A stretch of 64,000 nt of DNA from a virus. Every line of letters starts with the position of its first letter. Within the stretch, counting starts at the first letter, position 1. Position numbers and translations under genes: made by a program. Positions 62,925 to 64,000 of this stretch are shown here, piece after piece. The stretch is taken from the IMG/VR virus record IMGVR_UViG_3300032315_001401, positions 32,001 to 96,000 of that record; one strand, 5' to 3'. Below the pieces are notes generated by a model. It was not told the origin of the DNA. It worked only from the letters and a program-made list of their open reading frames with translations, and searched no databases.

Positions 62925-63722
62925 TTAAATATCCCTCTGTTGTGTTGGACTATAAGTTTTGGAGTCCTCAAAACTTTGCCAAGTTTCATTAAATCCAAAA
63001 TCATCATCCGGTTGCGCATCAATTGGATCTGGAGTAAGTGTATATCTCATCTCCCTCTTTGCAGTTGCTACATCAGTTGAATTATAGTAATCAACCTGAA
63101 CCTTACGAATAAGACCATCCGTAGAATCCGCGATAGGACCAAACAGATATGTTTTTACTGTAAAATTAAAAGTGTAAATTAATACTCTTCTTGTTGAAAA
63201 ATCTCCTTCATAATCATCCGTAAATGATACATTATCTAGAACGATGGGAATATCTCTCTTTTCCCCAATTGAATCAATTAAATCTACGGTTAGATTGAAT
63301 GATGGTTGGAAATAAGGTAGTATTTGCTCAACTACCTGCAAGGCATCATCCTGTAATTTTGTCATTACATTCAATTGAAATCCAATATTATATGGAACCG
63401 GCAAATAAACTTTCTTCAAATTTGTTCCATCAGAAGCTTTAAATGTTTGGGCAATATTTGCCTTCCTAGTTGCATCATATTGAATGGATGTCATCTCAAA
63501 TGACATTCTGGGTAGTGTAATAGCAATTGGTTTATTTAATTCTGGTTGCTGCTGAATTCTGGCCAGAAATTTTTGAATAGGTCCATAAGCCAATGGAACT
63601 TTCATTTCACTGATGCTATTTCCAGAAGAATCTTTATGTCTTATGTAAATTTCATTGAAAACTGTGCCAAATGCAATGACAGTTCTTCGGATGATCTCGT
63701 GATAATAGTATGTTCCAAGCAT
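62925..63722 (-). CDS. gp15: tail sheath stabilizer / completion protein
   Basis: YYYHEIIRRTVIAFGTVFN...VPLAYGP..KFLARI...LPRMSFE. Confidence 0.94.
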   Translation of the reverse strand: MLGTYYYHEIIRRTVIAFGTVFNEIYIRHKDSSGNSISEMKVPLAYGPIQKFLARIQQQPELNKPIAITLPRMSFEMTSIQYDATRKANIAQTFKASDGTNLKKVYLPVPYNIGFQLNVMTKLQDDALQVVEQILPYFQPSFNLTVDLIDSIGEKRDIPIVLDNVSFTDDYEGDFSTRRVLIYTFNFTVKTYLFGPIADSTDGLIRKVQVDYYNSTDVATAKREMRYTLTPDPIDAQPDDDFGFNETWQSFEDSKTYSPTQQRDI

Positions 63723-64000
63723 TAGAATGTACCAAATGGATTTGATGCGGAAAAATCTACAATGCCTTCAGCTGCATTTTCAATTTCTATATTTTCACTA
63801 TATTTATCATATTGATCCCAAGTATCGTATGATTGGACTGAATAAATGGCACTTGAGGCAGCTCCGACAAGTAATTCTCCGGGATAAAACTCTTTTGTTG
63901 CTGCGTTATCTACAAAAGAGACCTTGAGAATTTTTGTATCGAAGTCCCAAGATTTAACACGACCACGAGTTCCTGATATGGATCCAAATACTTCTTCATT
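63722..64000 (-). CDS. gp14: neck protein, C-terminal part (truncated by the window edge)
   Basis: Frame ends GIVDFSASNPFGTF stop, directly upstream of gp15. Confidence 0.8.
   Translation of the reverse strand, partial: NEEVFGSISGTRGRVKSWDFDTKILKVSFVDNAATKEFYPGELLVGAASSAIYSVQSYDTWDQYDKYSENIEIENAAEGIVDFSASNPFGTF

Noticed and set aside
63727-63927. 66-aa plus-strand ORF at the right edge
   Set aside because: It overlaps the minus-strand gp14 C-terminus, which has the conserved DFS.SNPFG ending.

Overview
This 64 kb window is the core of a T4-like myovirus genome, with almost everything on the minus strand. Gene order and content (regA-hsp20-gp43-uvsX-gp41-mazG, cobS/VWA, cytidyltransferase, gp55-gp47-gp46, gp14-gp23) are typical of cyanomyoviruses. 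The low GC and large tRNA set suggest a freshwater-type lineage. Host and lineage are inferences, because no photosynthesis gene lies in the window. From left to right it holds: (1) a dense tRNA array (19 recognisable tRNAs; a further one may be cut at base 1) with two HNH genes and several unexplained structured RNAs; (2) an accessory and lysis region; (3) nrdB, nrdA and primase; (4) virion-associated low-complexity proteins, plus a satellite pair of tRNAs; (5) the replication module; (6) cobS/VWA and a cassette-like family of modular proteins; (7) the gp46/47/55, uvsW/Y and head/tail module. The most notable features are: gp17 terminase fractured by an atypically split intein with a GIY-YIG gene between the halves; a dispersed family of late-promoter, protease-site-punctuated modular proteins that look like head-packaged, injected polyproteins, one flanked by an exact 40-bp repeat; a tRNA-like RNA with two identical T-loop arms; an A34, short-arm tRNA-Leu(AAG); a five-copy dyad promoter motif; and a duplicated 32-bp antisense promoter element. 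Everything was read by eye, with no database searches or folding runs.
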